In this document: positions 37,524 through 46,393 of the stretch, in pieces
How the letters are laid out: each line of letters begins with the position of its first letter
Numbering within the stretch: the first letter of the stretch is position 1
Source of the DNA: Clostridia bacterium
Lineage (GTDB): Bacteria; Bacillota; Clostridia; UBA1212; DUPL01
Direction of reading: 5' to 3'
Assembly (NCBI GenBank): GCA_050951325.1
Contig: JBMNIW010000009.1
Coordinates: 30,848 to 94,847, forward strand
DNA length: 64,000 nt
The notes under the pieces: generated by a model
The model's input: the letters and a program-made list of their open reading frames with translations, nothing else
Databases searched by the model: none
Told to the model about the DNA's origin: nothing
Translations under genes and position numbers: made by a program

Positions 37524-39218
37524 ATGAACGAAATTAGTAGAAACTTACGAGTTATACCGTTGGGTGGACTTGAGGAGATCGGAAAAAACCTGACAGTATT
37601 TGAAACAGAAACAGACATAATCGTAGTGGACTGCGGTATAGCTTTCCCAGATGACGATATGTTGGGCGTAGATTCGGTAATCCCGGACATAACATATTTA
37701 ATTAAGAAGAAAAACAAGATAAGAGGTATCTTCATAACACACGGACACGAAGATCATATTGGAGGACTGCCCTACTTTCTAAAAGAAATTAATGTACCAA
37801 TTTACGGAACAAAGCTGTCACTCGCCCTTATCGAAAGAAAGCTCGAAGAATTCAAGTTAAATGACTCAGTCGATTTGCATGTAGTTCAACCAGGTTCAAC
37901 AATCAAACTGGGCTTGACATTCACAGTAGAATTCATACACACAAATCACAGTATCGCAGACAGCTGCGCTCTTGCAATCAACACACCAGCGGGCATTGTT
38001 ATTCACACAGGAGACTTCAAGGTCGACTACACTCCAATTGATGGACATCCCATAGACTTGAGAAGATTTTCAGAATACGGAGAAAAAGGCGTTCTCTTGT
38101 TAATGGCTGACAGCACTAACGCTGAAAGAAAAGGATTTACAATGTCCGAAAAAACCGTTGGAGCGGCATTTGATGAGATTTTTTCAACTACCGAAGGCAG
38201 AATAATTGTTGCAACCTTCTCATCAAACATACACCGTGTACAACAGATTGTAAACGCTTCAAAGAAGTTTGGAAGAAAATGCGTGATTTGCGGTCGCAGT
38301 ATGGTGAATGTTGTTGACGTTACAAAGCAAATTGGGTATATGGACAATATAGATGATGTGCTTATTGACATTGATGAAATTGGCGACTACAGCCCTGAAG
38401 AACTATGCATCATAACCACGGGCAGCCAGGGAGAACCAATGAGCGCTCTTGCACGTATGGCTATTGCAACCCACAGGCAGATAGACATAGTTCCTGGAGA
38501 TACTGTAATCATTTCAGCAAACCCAATCCCAGGCAACGAAAAGCCAATTGCCAAAATGATAGACGAGCTCTTCAAACGCGGTGCAAACGTAATCTACAAA
38601 GCATTGGCTGATGTTCACGTATCTGGACACGCCTGCGAAGAAGAATTAAAACTTATACAGGCACTAGTAAAGCCAAAGTATTTTGTACCTGTGCATGGTG
38701 AATACAAGCACATGATACACCACAAGAACATTGCAGTAGGTATGGGAATTCCTGAAGATAACATATTCATTCTGGAAAACGGAAGAGTTCTTGAGTTTGA
38801 CAACGGTGCGGTTGTGAACACAGAAGAAACTGTACCAGCAGGCAACATTCTTGTTGACGGTCTTGGCGTAGGCGATGTTGGTAATATTGTCTTGAGAGAC
38901 AGGCGCCATCTTTCTGCCGACGGCTTGATAATCGTTGTAATGACCATAGAAGCAAGTTCAGGAAAACTCCTTTCAGGTCCGGACATTATCTCAAGAGGTT
39001 TTGTCTACATGAGGGAATCTGAAGACATGATTGCGAAAATCAGGGAAGTTACAAAAGAAGCGCTCGCCCGATCCGATGACTCAAGGAAACGCGACTGGAC
39101 TCTTAAGAAGACAAATATCAGGGATGCAATACATGAATATGTATACGAACAGACAAGGCGCAACCCAATGATACTTCCCATAATCATGGAAGTCGACTTG
39201 GCAAAACTGGATTATTAA
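37524..39218 (+). CDS. rnj: Ribonuclease J
   Basis: PLGGLEEIGKN, THGHEDHIG, HTGDFK, DSTNAE, GSQGEP, HVSGH, PVHGE, RNPMILP. Confidence 0.96.
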   Translation: MNEISRNLRVIPLGGLEEIGKNLTVFETETDIIVVDCGIAFPDDDMLGVDSVIPDITYLIKKKNKIRGIFITHGHEDHIGGLPYFLKEINVPIYGTKLSLALIERKLEEFKLNDSVDLHVVQPGSTIKLGLTFTVEFIHTNHSIADSCALAINTPAGIVIHTGDFKVDYTPIDGHPIDLRRFSEYGEKGVLLLMADSTNAERKGFTMSEKTVGAAFDEIFSTTEGRIIVATFSSNIHRVQQIVNASKKFGRKCVICGRSMVNVVDVTKQIGYMDNIDDVLIDIDEIGDYSPEELCIITTGSQGEPMSALARMAIATHRQIDIVPGDTVIISANPIPGNEKPIAKMIDELFKRGANVIYKALADVHVSGHACEEELKLIQALVKPKYFVPVHGEYKHMIHHKNIAVGMGIPEDNIFILENGRVLEFDNGAVVNTEETVPAGNILVDGLGVGDVGNIVLRDRRHLSADGLIIVVMTIEASSGKLLSGPDIISRGFVYMRESEDMIAKIREVTKEALARSDDSRKRDWTLKKTNIRDAIHEYVYEQTRRNPMILPIIMEVDLAKLDY

Positions 39219-39243
39219 TAAATATAGGATAAGAGACCATAGT

Positions 39244-39272
39244 ACCGGATTGTGAAAACAGTCCGGTCTTTA
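39244..39272 (+). terminator. Probable rnj terminator
   Basis: ACCGGATTGT-GAAA-ACAGTCCGGT followed by CTTT. Confidence 0.55.
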
Positions 39273-39288
39273 TAATTTGAGGTGTTTT

Positions 39289-40500
39289 ATGGAAACAAAA
39301 ACTAAAAAACTAAACATACTTGCAATATATTTAACCCTTGTACTTATACTCTCCTCCTGCTCACTGTTGAAAAAAGATATATCCCCCACTCCAACAATTG
39401 CTCCTACCCAAGGTCTGGAAACAATGGAGCCAACTCCAACCTACACCATTACTCCAACACCCACGCCAACTCCATACTATACTCCAGACATCCCAAATCC
39501 GACATTATTCCCAACCTATGTCCCAGAGGGACAAAAGATTGTCAATCCTTTCAGGATATACAACTCTCAAACCTATGAGTTTGATGTTCTGAATCTTGCT
39601 CACAGGTATTCAGAGATTTTAAAAGTTGAGGTATTTGGAAAATCATACATGGGCAAGAACCTTTATGTAGTAAAGCTGGGAAAAGGAAGCACAAAGGTAT
39701 TGGTAACCGGAACAACACATGCAAGGGAAAACATAACCACAAACTATATCATGCGTACCATAGAAGAGTATGCAATCAGCTATCTCAACAAGGAAACTTA
39801 TGACGGTTACAATGTCTATGAAATACTCAACAAGGTAACCATATACTATGTGCCTCTCGTCAATCCGGACGGACTTGACATCGTGAATCTTCTTAAAGAC
39901 CCTTTAGACGATCCCAACAATCCGGTCTTTGGAAAACTTGACGAATACTCAAAAGTAACCTGGAAAGCAAATGCAAGAGGAGTTGACTTAAACAAAAACT
40001 ATCCCTTCATTTTCGAAGAAGTGGAAGCAATAAATCCCACACAGAGATTTGCATCCCAGGACTACCACGGCCCCTACCCTGCCTCGGAGCCGGAAACACA
40101 TGCGATGATAAACCTATGTGAAACGAATGATTTTCAATTCTGTATTAATCTGCATTCAAAAGGCAAAGTCATGTTCTGGAGAGATGAAGGAAACGGAGTA
40201 ATTGAGGGTGATGAAAAACTGGCAAGGCTCATAAACAAGAAGACTGGATATACTATGTACACACCAACCACAAATCCACTAAGCTATGGAGCGGCTCATG
40301 AAAACTGGTTCAGATACAGGTTTAAAAAACCTGCGATATGCCTTGAGCTTACCGCAGGTAATGATGGTCCTATCCCATACAATCTCATAAACAGAGAGAA
40401 ATTTGGAGGTACATTGTATGATTACTACGGAACAAGAGTCCTTGACTGGGAAAAAACCAAATCCCTAATGCTAATGTTGGCCAAAGAATACTTCGGCTAG
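39289..40500 (+). CDS. M14 zinc carboxypeptidase lipoprotein (gamma-D-Glu-mDAP peptidase-like)
   Basis: Lipobox LSSC, PT-rich linker, HARE, NPDG, WKANARGVDLNKN, SEPET, LHS. Confidence 0.85.
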   Translation: METKTKKLNILAIYLTLVLILSSCSLLKKDISPTPTIAPTQGLETMEPTPTYTITPTPTPTPYYTPDIPNPTLFPTYVPEGQKIVNPFRIYNSQTYEFDVLNLAHRYSEILKVEVFGKSYMGKNLYVVKLGKGSTKVLVTGTTHARENITTNYIMRTIEEYAISYLNKETYDGYNVYEILNKVTIYYVPLVNPDGLDIVNLLKDPLDDPNNPVFGKLDEYSKVTWKANARGVDLNKNYPFIFEEVEAINPTQRFASQDYHGPYPASEPETHAMINLCETNDFQFCINLHSKGKVMFWRDEGNGVIEGDEKLARLINKKTGYTMYTPTTNPLSYGAAHENWFRYRFKKPAICLELTAGNDGPIPYNLINREKFGGTLYDYYGTRVLDWEKTKSLMLMLAKEYFG

Positions 40501-41192
40501 ACGTAAATAATGTTAACTCCTCCAAAGGCGCCGGAAACTTCCACAGTAAGGGTACCGTTATGTATCCCTTCGCGATTTGAAGTTTTGGTGCCTTTTTTGT
40601 TCCGGTCATGGGATACTCCGCCAAAGAATATGAAACCCTTTGAAATTACATTCGTTCCATCCGGAACGAATATTTCAATACCGCCAAAACTGACTTGTAC
40701 AGACAAATATGCACCATTAGGATTAATCTGGGTGTTGGTCAAATCAAAGCTGGTTCCACCAAACACTGCAGATACTTCCCCTTTTGTGAAAACATCATCG
40801 TTGTATTCAATTTCCCCCGATGAAAACACATTACTGTATGAATTCTTACTGTTTGTCCTTCTTGCTTCTCTTTGCTTTTTGAAGGCAGAGAAAAGTATCG
40901 ACAAAGCAATCAGCAAAAGCACTATTGCACCAACAAGTTCCATTGTCATTTTAGGAGCTTCATAACCAAGGGCGTCATACATCCAGTATCCGCCAAAGAA
41001 TATGAACAAAAGGGATATCACTCTGGAACCTGAACTGAACAGTGATGTCAAACCTATTCCAATTAGCACAACAGGCCAAAAGGTCCACAGATTAACCTTT
41101 TCATTTGGAAAAGATACAACTCCGGTAATATTTAGTATTAGAGCCAATGATACGGCTAGTAACAATAAAGCCCAAATAATCTTGCTTCTCAT
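40497..41192 (-). CDS. LiaF-like membrane protein (cell-envelope stress)
   Basis: Four N-terminal TM segments with FWPVVLI; C-terminal VSAVFGG..DL..FGGIEIFVP..FGGV repeats. Confidence 0.75.
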   Translation of the reverse strand: MRSKIIWALLLLAVSLALILNITGVVSFPNEKVNLWTFWPVVLIGIGLTSLFSSGSRVISLLFIFFGGYWMYDALGYEAPKMTMELVGAIVLLLIALSILFSAFKKQREARRTNSKNSYSNVFSSGEIEYNDDVFTKGEVSAVFGGTSFDLTNTQINPNGAYLSVQVSFGGIEIFVPDGTNVISKGFIFFGGVSHDRNKKGTKTSNREGIHNGTLTVEVSGAFGGVNIIYV

Positions 41193-41211
41193 GGCAAGCC
41201 TCCTTTTATTA

Positions 41212-42270
41212 TTAGTCTGCTGTTTTATGTTTTAATGTAATAATTGCTACTTCGGGTGTGTTGAACGCCCTAAGTCTGAAAGAAGAAGGAATCCCCAAAC
41301 CTGAACTTATAAATTTCAGCCTGCCATGATTATCTACTGACAAACCATATGCATACTTTTCCTCAGGCAGAAGACCCTTGTCGTCAGTATAAAAAGCTCC
41401 GAGAAGCGGAAGCCTTGCATGCCCGCCAATGGTGTGCCCTGAAATACTGGCATCAAAATCAACCTCAACAAGATACCTTTGATTCACATCATCAAGCCTT
41501 CTCTGCACATTGTAGTTTATCGGCTTGTGGGTTACACATATGCTGAAGTGTTTGTCGGAATCAAATCCAAGTTCGTCAAACTTCTTCTCATAATATTTGG
41601 TACCCGTAAGGTAAATGTATTCTCCACCCTTTTCAATTCGTTGTATTGGATAAACAAAAGAACATCCTCTTTCCTCCAGTTTTTCCATCAGCGGAGTCTT
41701 TTTACTCGGTATAATGCACATATTCCAGTTATCATCCAGATCTTCTCTATCAGGCCTGTAATCCGTTTCACCAAGAATATAGTATATAGGAACCTCCTTC
41801 TCAATGGAATCTATAAGGTCAATTATTACATAATAATCTTCATCATCAGGACTTCGTAAGTAGTCTCCGGTCATAAGTATCATGTCAAACTCAAGACTGT
41901 TGATGTGTGATGCAAGCCTTTTCTGCATGGTGCCAAAAGTCTTGCCATGTAGATCTGTTATCTGCAGAATCCTGTAACCATCAAAAGCCTCGGGTATCTG
42001 TTCATGCTCAAATTCTGCATAGTGTACTGTAAGCTGCTGATTGTCCCTTGTAACATAAATCACCAGTGCCGCAATCAAGACAATAATTAAAAGGATCCAA
42101 ACCCAGGCATAGCTCTTCTTCTCAGGTGGCAGGAACAGATAGCCCATTCCTTTCTTTTTTTCCTTCTTCCGGGCTTTTGCCTCCATCTTTGCTTTCTTCA
42201 TTTCCTGCTTTCTAAGTTTTCTTTCCTGCTTCCTTTTTTCCTTCTGATCAAACAGCTTCAGCTCTGCCAT
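41212..42270 (-). CDS. Membrane-anchored metallophosphoesterase
   Basis: ILQITDLH, MTGD, THKP, SGHTIGG, SSGLG..R.FN.PE; basic N-terminus plus TM helix. Confidence 0.8.
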   Translation of the reverse strand: MAELKLFDQKEKRKQERKLRKQEMKKAKMEAKARKKEKKKGMGYLFLPPEKKSYAWVWILLIIVLIAALVIYVTRDNQQLTVHYAEFEHEQIPEAFDGYRILQITDLHGKTFGTMQKRLASHINSLEFDMILMTGDYLRSPDDEDYYVIIDLIDSIEKEVPIYYILGETDYRPDREDLDDNWNMCIIPSKKTPLMEKLEERGCSFVYPIQRIEKGGEYIYLTGTKYYEKKFDELGFDSDKHFSICVTHKPINYNVQRRLDDVNQRYLVEVDFDASISGHTIGGHARLPLLGAFYTDDKGLLPEEKYAYGLSVDNHGRLKFISSGLGIPSSFRLRAFNTPEVAIITLKHKTAD

Positions 42271-42359
42271 ACAAATCCTCTTTACATTAAATTTATGCAG
42301 AATAATGTTAGCACACAGCAACCCTTTTAGTCAAATCAAACATTGTTTAAAAAATGTAC

Positions 42360-42388
42360 TTGTAATGTTCATAAAAATCATCTATATT
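42360..42388 (+). promoter_or_regulatory. Promoter of coaX-panT
   Basis: TTGTAA, 17 bp, TATATT. Confidence 0.55.
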
Positions 42389-42393
42389 TATTT

Positions 42394-42424
42394 TTGCACT
42401 GTATCCTTTTGGGAACAGTAGCAA
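42394..42424 (+). ncRNA. pan-type RNA motif (stem with two bulged A) in coaX leader
   Basis: UUGC-ACUGU-[A]-UCCU-UUU-GGGA-ACAGU-[A]-GCAA abutting RBS AAGGAGG. Confidence 0.6.
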
Positions 42425-42436
42425 GGAGGGATAAAA

Positions 42437-43222
42437 TTGATATTAGCAATCGACATAGGTAACACAAATCTGGTCTTAGGCGCATTTGAGGAAGATAAAC
42501 TCAAGTTTGTAGCGCGCATATCTTCAGATACAAACAGAACTGAAGACGAAATGGCCGTAATTATCAAGTCTGTACTTGAAAACCACGGCGCATACAGCTC
42601 TGACATCTCAGGCACAATCATATCTTCCGTGGTTCCATCTCTTACTCAAACCAGTTCAAAAGCAATAAAGCTGCTGACGGGAGAATACCCTTTTGTGGTT
42701 GAACCAGGAATTAGAACAGGTATCAATATCCTTATTGACAACCCTGCACAACTGGGCAGCGACCTGCTTGTGGATTCCGTAGCAGCAGCCAATCTGTACC
42801 CAAAGCCTGTTATTATTGTGGATATGGGCACTGCTACAACCTTCAGTGTGGTTGATGAGGATAACTGTATGATTGGTGGAGCAATTATGCCTGGCGTAAG
42901 AATTTCAGTTAATGCATTGTCAGAAAGAACCGCACAACTGCCCCATATAAACATTGAGGCACCCAAAAAGGCAATTGGTACAAACACAATTGACTGCATG
43001 AGGTCGGGAGTTGTTTTTGGTGCAGCTGCCATGATTGACGGCATGATTGACAGGTTTGAGGAAGAGCTTGGTAAAGAGTGTTTCGTTGTCGCCACCGGCG
43101 GTTTGGCAGAAGAAGTCTGCAAACATACGAAACGCAAAATTGAGTACAACAAAAACCTGATTCTTGAGGGTCTGTTCATCCTCTATCACAAGAATTTAAA
43201 GAATTTTAAAAGCAAAAAGTAA
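42437..43222 (+). CDS. coaX: Type III pantothenate kinase
   Basis: AIDIGNTN, ISSVVP, LGSD, VDMGTATT, GGAIMPG, VATGG. Confidence 0.94.
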   Translation: MILAIDIGNTNLVLGAFEEDKLKFVARISSDTNRTEDEMAVIIKSVLENHGAYSSDISGTIISSVVPSLTQTSSKAIKLLTGEYPFVVEPGIRTGINILIDNPAQLGSDLLVDSVAAANLYPKPVIIVDMGTATTFSVVDEDNCMIGGAIMPGVRISVNALSERTAQLPHINIEAPKKAIGTNTIDCMRSGVVFGAAAMIDGMIDRFEEELGKECFVVATGGLAEEVCKHTKRKIEYNKNLILEGLFILYHKNLKNFKSKK

Positions 43223-43227
43223 TAACA

Positions 43228-43293
43228 ATACGCTGTATAAAATACAGCTCCCATATTAACATATACGCTGTATTTACATAATAAAACAGCAGT
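43228..43293 (+). ncRNA. Tandem pan-type RNA hairpins upstream of ECF S component
   Basis: AC-GCUGU-[A]-UUUA-CAUAA-UAAA-ACAGC-[A]-GU (43265-43293) and GCUGUAU-AAA-AUACAGC (43232-43248); ATACGCTGTAT repeated 35 bp apart. Confidence 0.55.
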
Positions 43294-43306
43294 TAGGAGG
43301 AAAACT

Positions 43307-44062
43307 ATGAAATTATCAATGATGGAAAGACAAAAGCGCACACTTTTTTTGGTGCTATTTGCTGTAATATTGGCAATTGAAGCGATTGTATGCTTCACGC
43401 CACTAGGATCTTTACCCGCTTTAGGTCCCATCGTGGCTACTCTTGCAATGATTCCTGTCACTATTGCCGGTATACTTATGGGCCCTATTGCAGGTGCATT
43501 AATGGGATTTTTCGCAGGAACATTCAGTTTTATTGTCTGGACATTCATGCCCCCACCATTAAGCATTGCATTTGCTTTTGTGTTTACACCTTTCAACCTC
43601 GTAGGTGAAAATGCAGGAAGCATATGGAGTCTTGTTATTTGCTTTGTACCCAGAATTATGACTGGTTTGATGGCAGGTTTTCTATACACGATATTCAGGA
43701 AACGCAAACTCTTTACAAAAAGTCCATTCCTGCTCAACTTCCTTAGCGGTTTTTTTGCAAGTCTGGTCAATACCTTTGGAGTTCTCTCGGGAATATTCCT
43801 GTTCTTCAGACAGCCATATGCATCCGTACTTGAAAAAACTTATGCACTATTATTAATCACTCTGTTAACTACAGTCCTCACGAGCGGTATTCCCGAAGCG
43901 GTTCTTGCAGGTCTTGCATCCCATGCGGTATGCCATCCTACCAAGAAACACATTTTCAAGGGTGATGTAAGCGTTTTCTCTGCAAATACGGAATACACGG
44001 TTTCGGTTGTAGCAATAACCTTGACAATTGTTCTTTATGTAGTTGGAGCGATATTAAACTAA
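43307..44062 (+). CDS. ECF transporter S component, PanT-like (pantothenate)
   Basis: FTPLG.LP..GP..AT...IPV..G..GA..G, F.FTPF, ICFVPRI, NT.GVL, PEA; follows coaX. Confidence 0.8.
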   Translation: MKLSMMERQKRTLFLVLFAVILAIEAIVCFTPLGSLPALGPIVATLAMIPVTIAGILMGPIAGALMGFFAGTFSFIVWTFMPPPLSIAFAFVFTPFNLVGENAGSIWSLVICFVPRIMTGLMAGFLYTIFRKRKLFTKSPFLLNFLSGFFASLVNTFGVLSGIFLFFRQPYASVLEKTYALLLITLLTTVLTSGIPEAVLAGLASHAVCHPTKKHIFKGDVSVFSANTEYTVSVVAITLTIVLYVVGAILN

Positions 44063-44089
44063 AGGAAAGTAGTCCCTCCTTAATATATG

Positions 44090-44118
44090 AAAAAAGAAGG
44101 CCATGCCTTCTTTTTTTA
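44090..44118. terminator. Bidirectional terminator
   Basis: AAAAAAGAAGGC-CAT-GCCTTCTTTTTTT. Confidence 0.75.
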
Positions 44119-44181
44119 TGTTTCTGCCATTCTTCTTTTTATTGCCTACTTCTTTGAAACACTGTTAGAAAACCATCATGT

Positions 44182-45000
44182 CTACTCCACATCAAAGTCA
44201 AAGTATGTGTCAGGATATGGTTCATTATCCAACCTAAAGTGCCACCATTCGCCATTTGAAGGAATAAATCCACATTCCACCATTACCTCTCTTAAAAGTT
44301 TTCTGTTTTCTCTTTGGATATCGGTTATCTTTGAGTTTTCATAATATGAGAGACTGTCAAACAAATCAAAATATCCTCCCATATCTACCTCTTTACCTTC
44401 TAGATCAAGAAGAGACATATCAACAGTACTTCCTCTGGAGTGACCTGATTTTGATGATATAAAGTTGCCAATAAGGTAGGATTTATGCAAATTAGGATAA
44501 TATATTTCTTTCATCCTTGTGTCGCTTTCGTCTTCAGACCACCTGACAAAATGCTCAACAGCCTTTTGAGGTCTGTATGCATCATATATAGTTACAATAT
44601 ATCCTTTTTGATAGAAAATCTCGCAGGCCTTTTTCAATGCTTCTGCCGCTTCTACTGTAAGAATTGCAACAGGAGCATTGTAGCCATCAATCCTGCTTCC
44701 TATAAAATTCTTATCAGTGTAATACCTAACATCCAGATGTATATAAGGAATTACATCCTTTACATACACAAAACCTTCAGGCAGCCTGGGTTCTGGAGTT
44801 GCTTCTGGAGTTGGAGTCGGACTTAATGTAGGTTCCAATGTCGGTTCAGGTGTTTCTGTAGAGGTGGCGTACGGACTTGAAGTATGAATCGTCTGTGTAG
44901 GGGCAGATTGATGTTCCCTGTCCTCTTCAAGTTTCATAATCAGGATAATACATAGTATTAAGAATAATATGACTAATAAAATACCAAGCTTTTTATTCAT
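44182..45000 (-). CDS. M15D D-Ala-D-Ala dipeptidase (VanX-like), membrane-anchored
   Basis: YDAYRPQ, SGHSRGSTVD, DMG..FD, EWWHF; N-terminal TM plus PT linker. Confidence 0.88.
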   Translation of the reverse strand: MNKKLGILLVILFLILCIILIMKLEEDREHQSAPTQTIHTSSPYATSTETPEPTLEPTLSPTPTPEATPEPRLPEGFVYVKDVIPYIHLDVRYYTDKNFIGSRIDGYNAPVAILTVEAAEALKKACEIFYQKGYIVTIYDAYRPQKAVEHFVRWSEDESDTRMKEIYYPNLHKSYLIGNFISSKSGHSRGSTVDMSLLDLEGKEVDMGGYFDLFDSLSYYENSKITDIQRENRKLLREVMVECGFIPSNGEWWHFRLDNEPYPDTYFDFDVE

Positions 45001-45010
45001 ACCTTGTCCT

Positions 45011-46393
45011 TCATCTTGCATGCTTTTTGTTATGCAAAAGCTGCGGAGCCACCCAGCTATGATTATTCCTCATAACCAGCCAGTCTTCATCCTTTGCAAG
45101 CGTTTCATAAAGTCTCTTTCTAAGATCTGACAATATGTCAATTTCCACTTCGTTTACGAGATTCCTCGTTTCACCTGGATCATTCTCAAGATCATACACT
45201 TCATCAATATCCGTTGGATTCCACACATATTTCCACCTGTCTGTCTTGATTGACCTTTGGCAAAACAGACCGAACTGTTGCCCGTTATACGAGCTTACAG
45301 CTTCCTGCCTCCAGTCTTTTGGAATCCCTTCATCCATTATTATTGGACGAAGGCTTCTTCCATGTAGTGTGGCATCTTCAGGTTTTCCTATACTGCATAC
45401 ATCAAGAATTGTTGGAACAAGGTCAAGAAAATGCACGGTATACGCATCAGTCTTTATACCACCAGGTATTCTTCCCGGCCACCTCATTACAAACGGTACA
45501 TGTGTTACATCCTCATACATGACATAGTGCTTATCAAACATGCCGTGAGAGCCGCACATATCTCCATGATCTGACGTGTACACTACTAGAGTATCCTCAT
45601 AATTTCCCGTCTCCGCAAGCTTGTCAAGAATCATGCCCACCACACTGTCAACCTGACTTACAAAGGCATGGTACTTTGCAACTATCGGAGCCCAGTAATC
45701 CCAACCTTTGTTTTCATTACCCCAGTTTAGAATCTGCTGGGTCTGTATATAGGGTTTGTTTTTCAAGTCATCGTAAAAACCGTCCCAGGGTTTCATATCT
45801 TCCGGGCGATACATTTCTGCAAATTCATTTACAGGCGCATAATATGGATGAGGTTCTGAAAAATTAACAGACATGTGCCAAGGCTTGTTTGCCTTGCTCA
45901 GTCTTTCTATCTCTTCACAAACTTTTTCACCTAGTTTGTAAGTATCGCTTTCATTAAATGGCTTGTCTATTACTTCCCCTTCCTGACTCCTTGCACTGTA
46001 AGTTCTGATACTGGGAATATAGTTATCAAAACCGAAACTTGCAGGTCCTGCATGCTGGCAAATGTCCCATACTCCTACAAAGGTATTGTTGTATCCATTT
46101 TCTTTTAGAAGTCTTGCATAAGAAAAATCCTCCGGTTCAAGACATCCAACGGGAAGAGTAATATTGTAATTCCACAAGGCACCAAAAGTCTCCGGCCTTC
46201 GTCCTGCAATTAGACTCTGTCTTGCAGGACAGCAAACCGGAGATGTGGTGTATGCATTATTAAACCATATTCCCTCTTCGCACAATTTATCAATATTGGG
46301 CGTTTTAATGCCATTTTTGTTTCTGTTACTGTATCCAACACAGTCATACCTGTGCTGGTCTGCAATGAGGAATAGAATATTTGGTCTCTTCAT
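45011..46393 (-). CDS. Sulfatase (Cys-type)
   Basis: RPNILFLIADQHR, TPNID, CCPAR (CxPxR), PH, TSDHGD, YDLENDPGE. Confidence 0.92.
   Translation of the reverse strand: MKRPNILFLIADQHRYDCVGYSNRNKNGIKTPNIDKLCEEGIWFNNAYTTSPVCCPARQSLIAGRRPETFGALWNYNITLPVGCLEPEDFSYARLLKENGYNNTFVGVWDICQHAGPASFGFDNYIPSIRTYSARSQEGEVIDKPFNESDTYKLGEKVCEEIERLSKANKPWHMSVNFSEPHPYYAPVNEFAEMYRPEDMKPWDGFYDDLKNKPYIQTQQILNWGNENKGWDYWAPIVAKYHAFVSQVDSVVGMILDKLAETGNYEDTLVVYTSDHGDMCGSHGMFDKHYVMYEDVTHVPFVMRWPGRIPGGIKTDAYTVHFLDLVPTILDVCSIGKPEDATLHGRSLRPIIMDEGIPKDWRQEAVSSYNGQQFGLFCQRSIKTDRWKYVWNPTDIDEVYDLENDPGETRNLVNEVEIDILSDLRKRLYETLAKDEDWLVMRNNHSWVAPQLLHNKKHAR

Noticed and set aside
39380-39520. CCAAC/ACTCC short repeats (also near 44790-44860 and 15470-15550)
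   Set aside because: They encode Pro/Thr linkers of secreted enzymes, not DNA-level repeats
40497-40500. Convergent genes sharing a CTAG stop palindrome (also 51711-51714)
   Set aside because: Common 4-nt convergent overlap with no further signal
44182-45000. VanX-like gene as vancomycin resistance cluster
   Set aside because: No vanA/B, vanH, vanR or vanS nearby; membrane-anchored form fits cell-wall turnover
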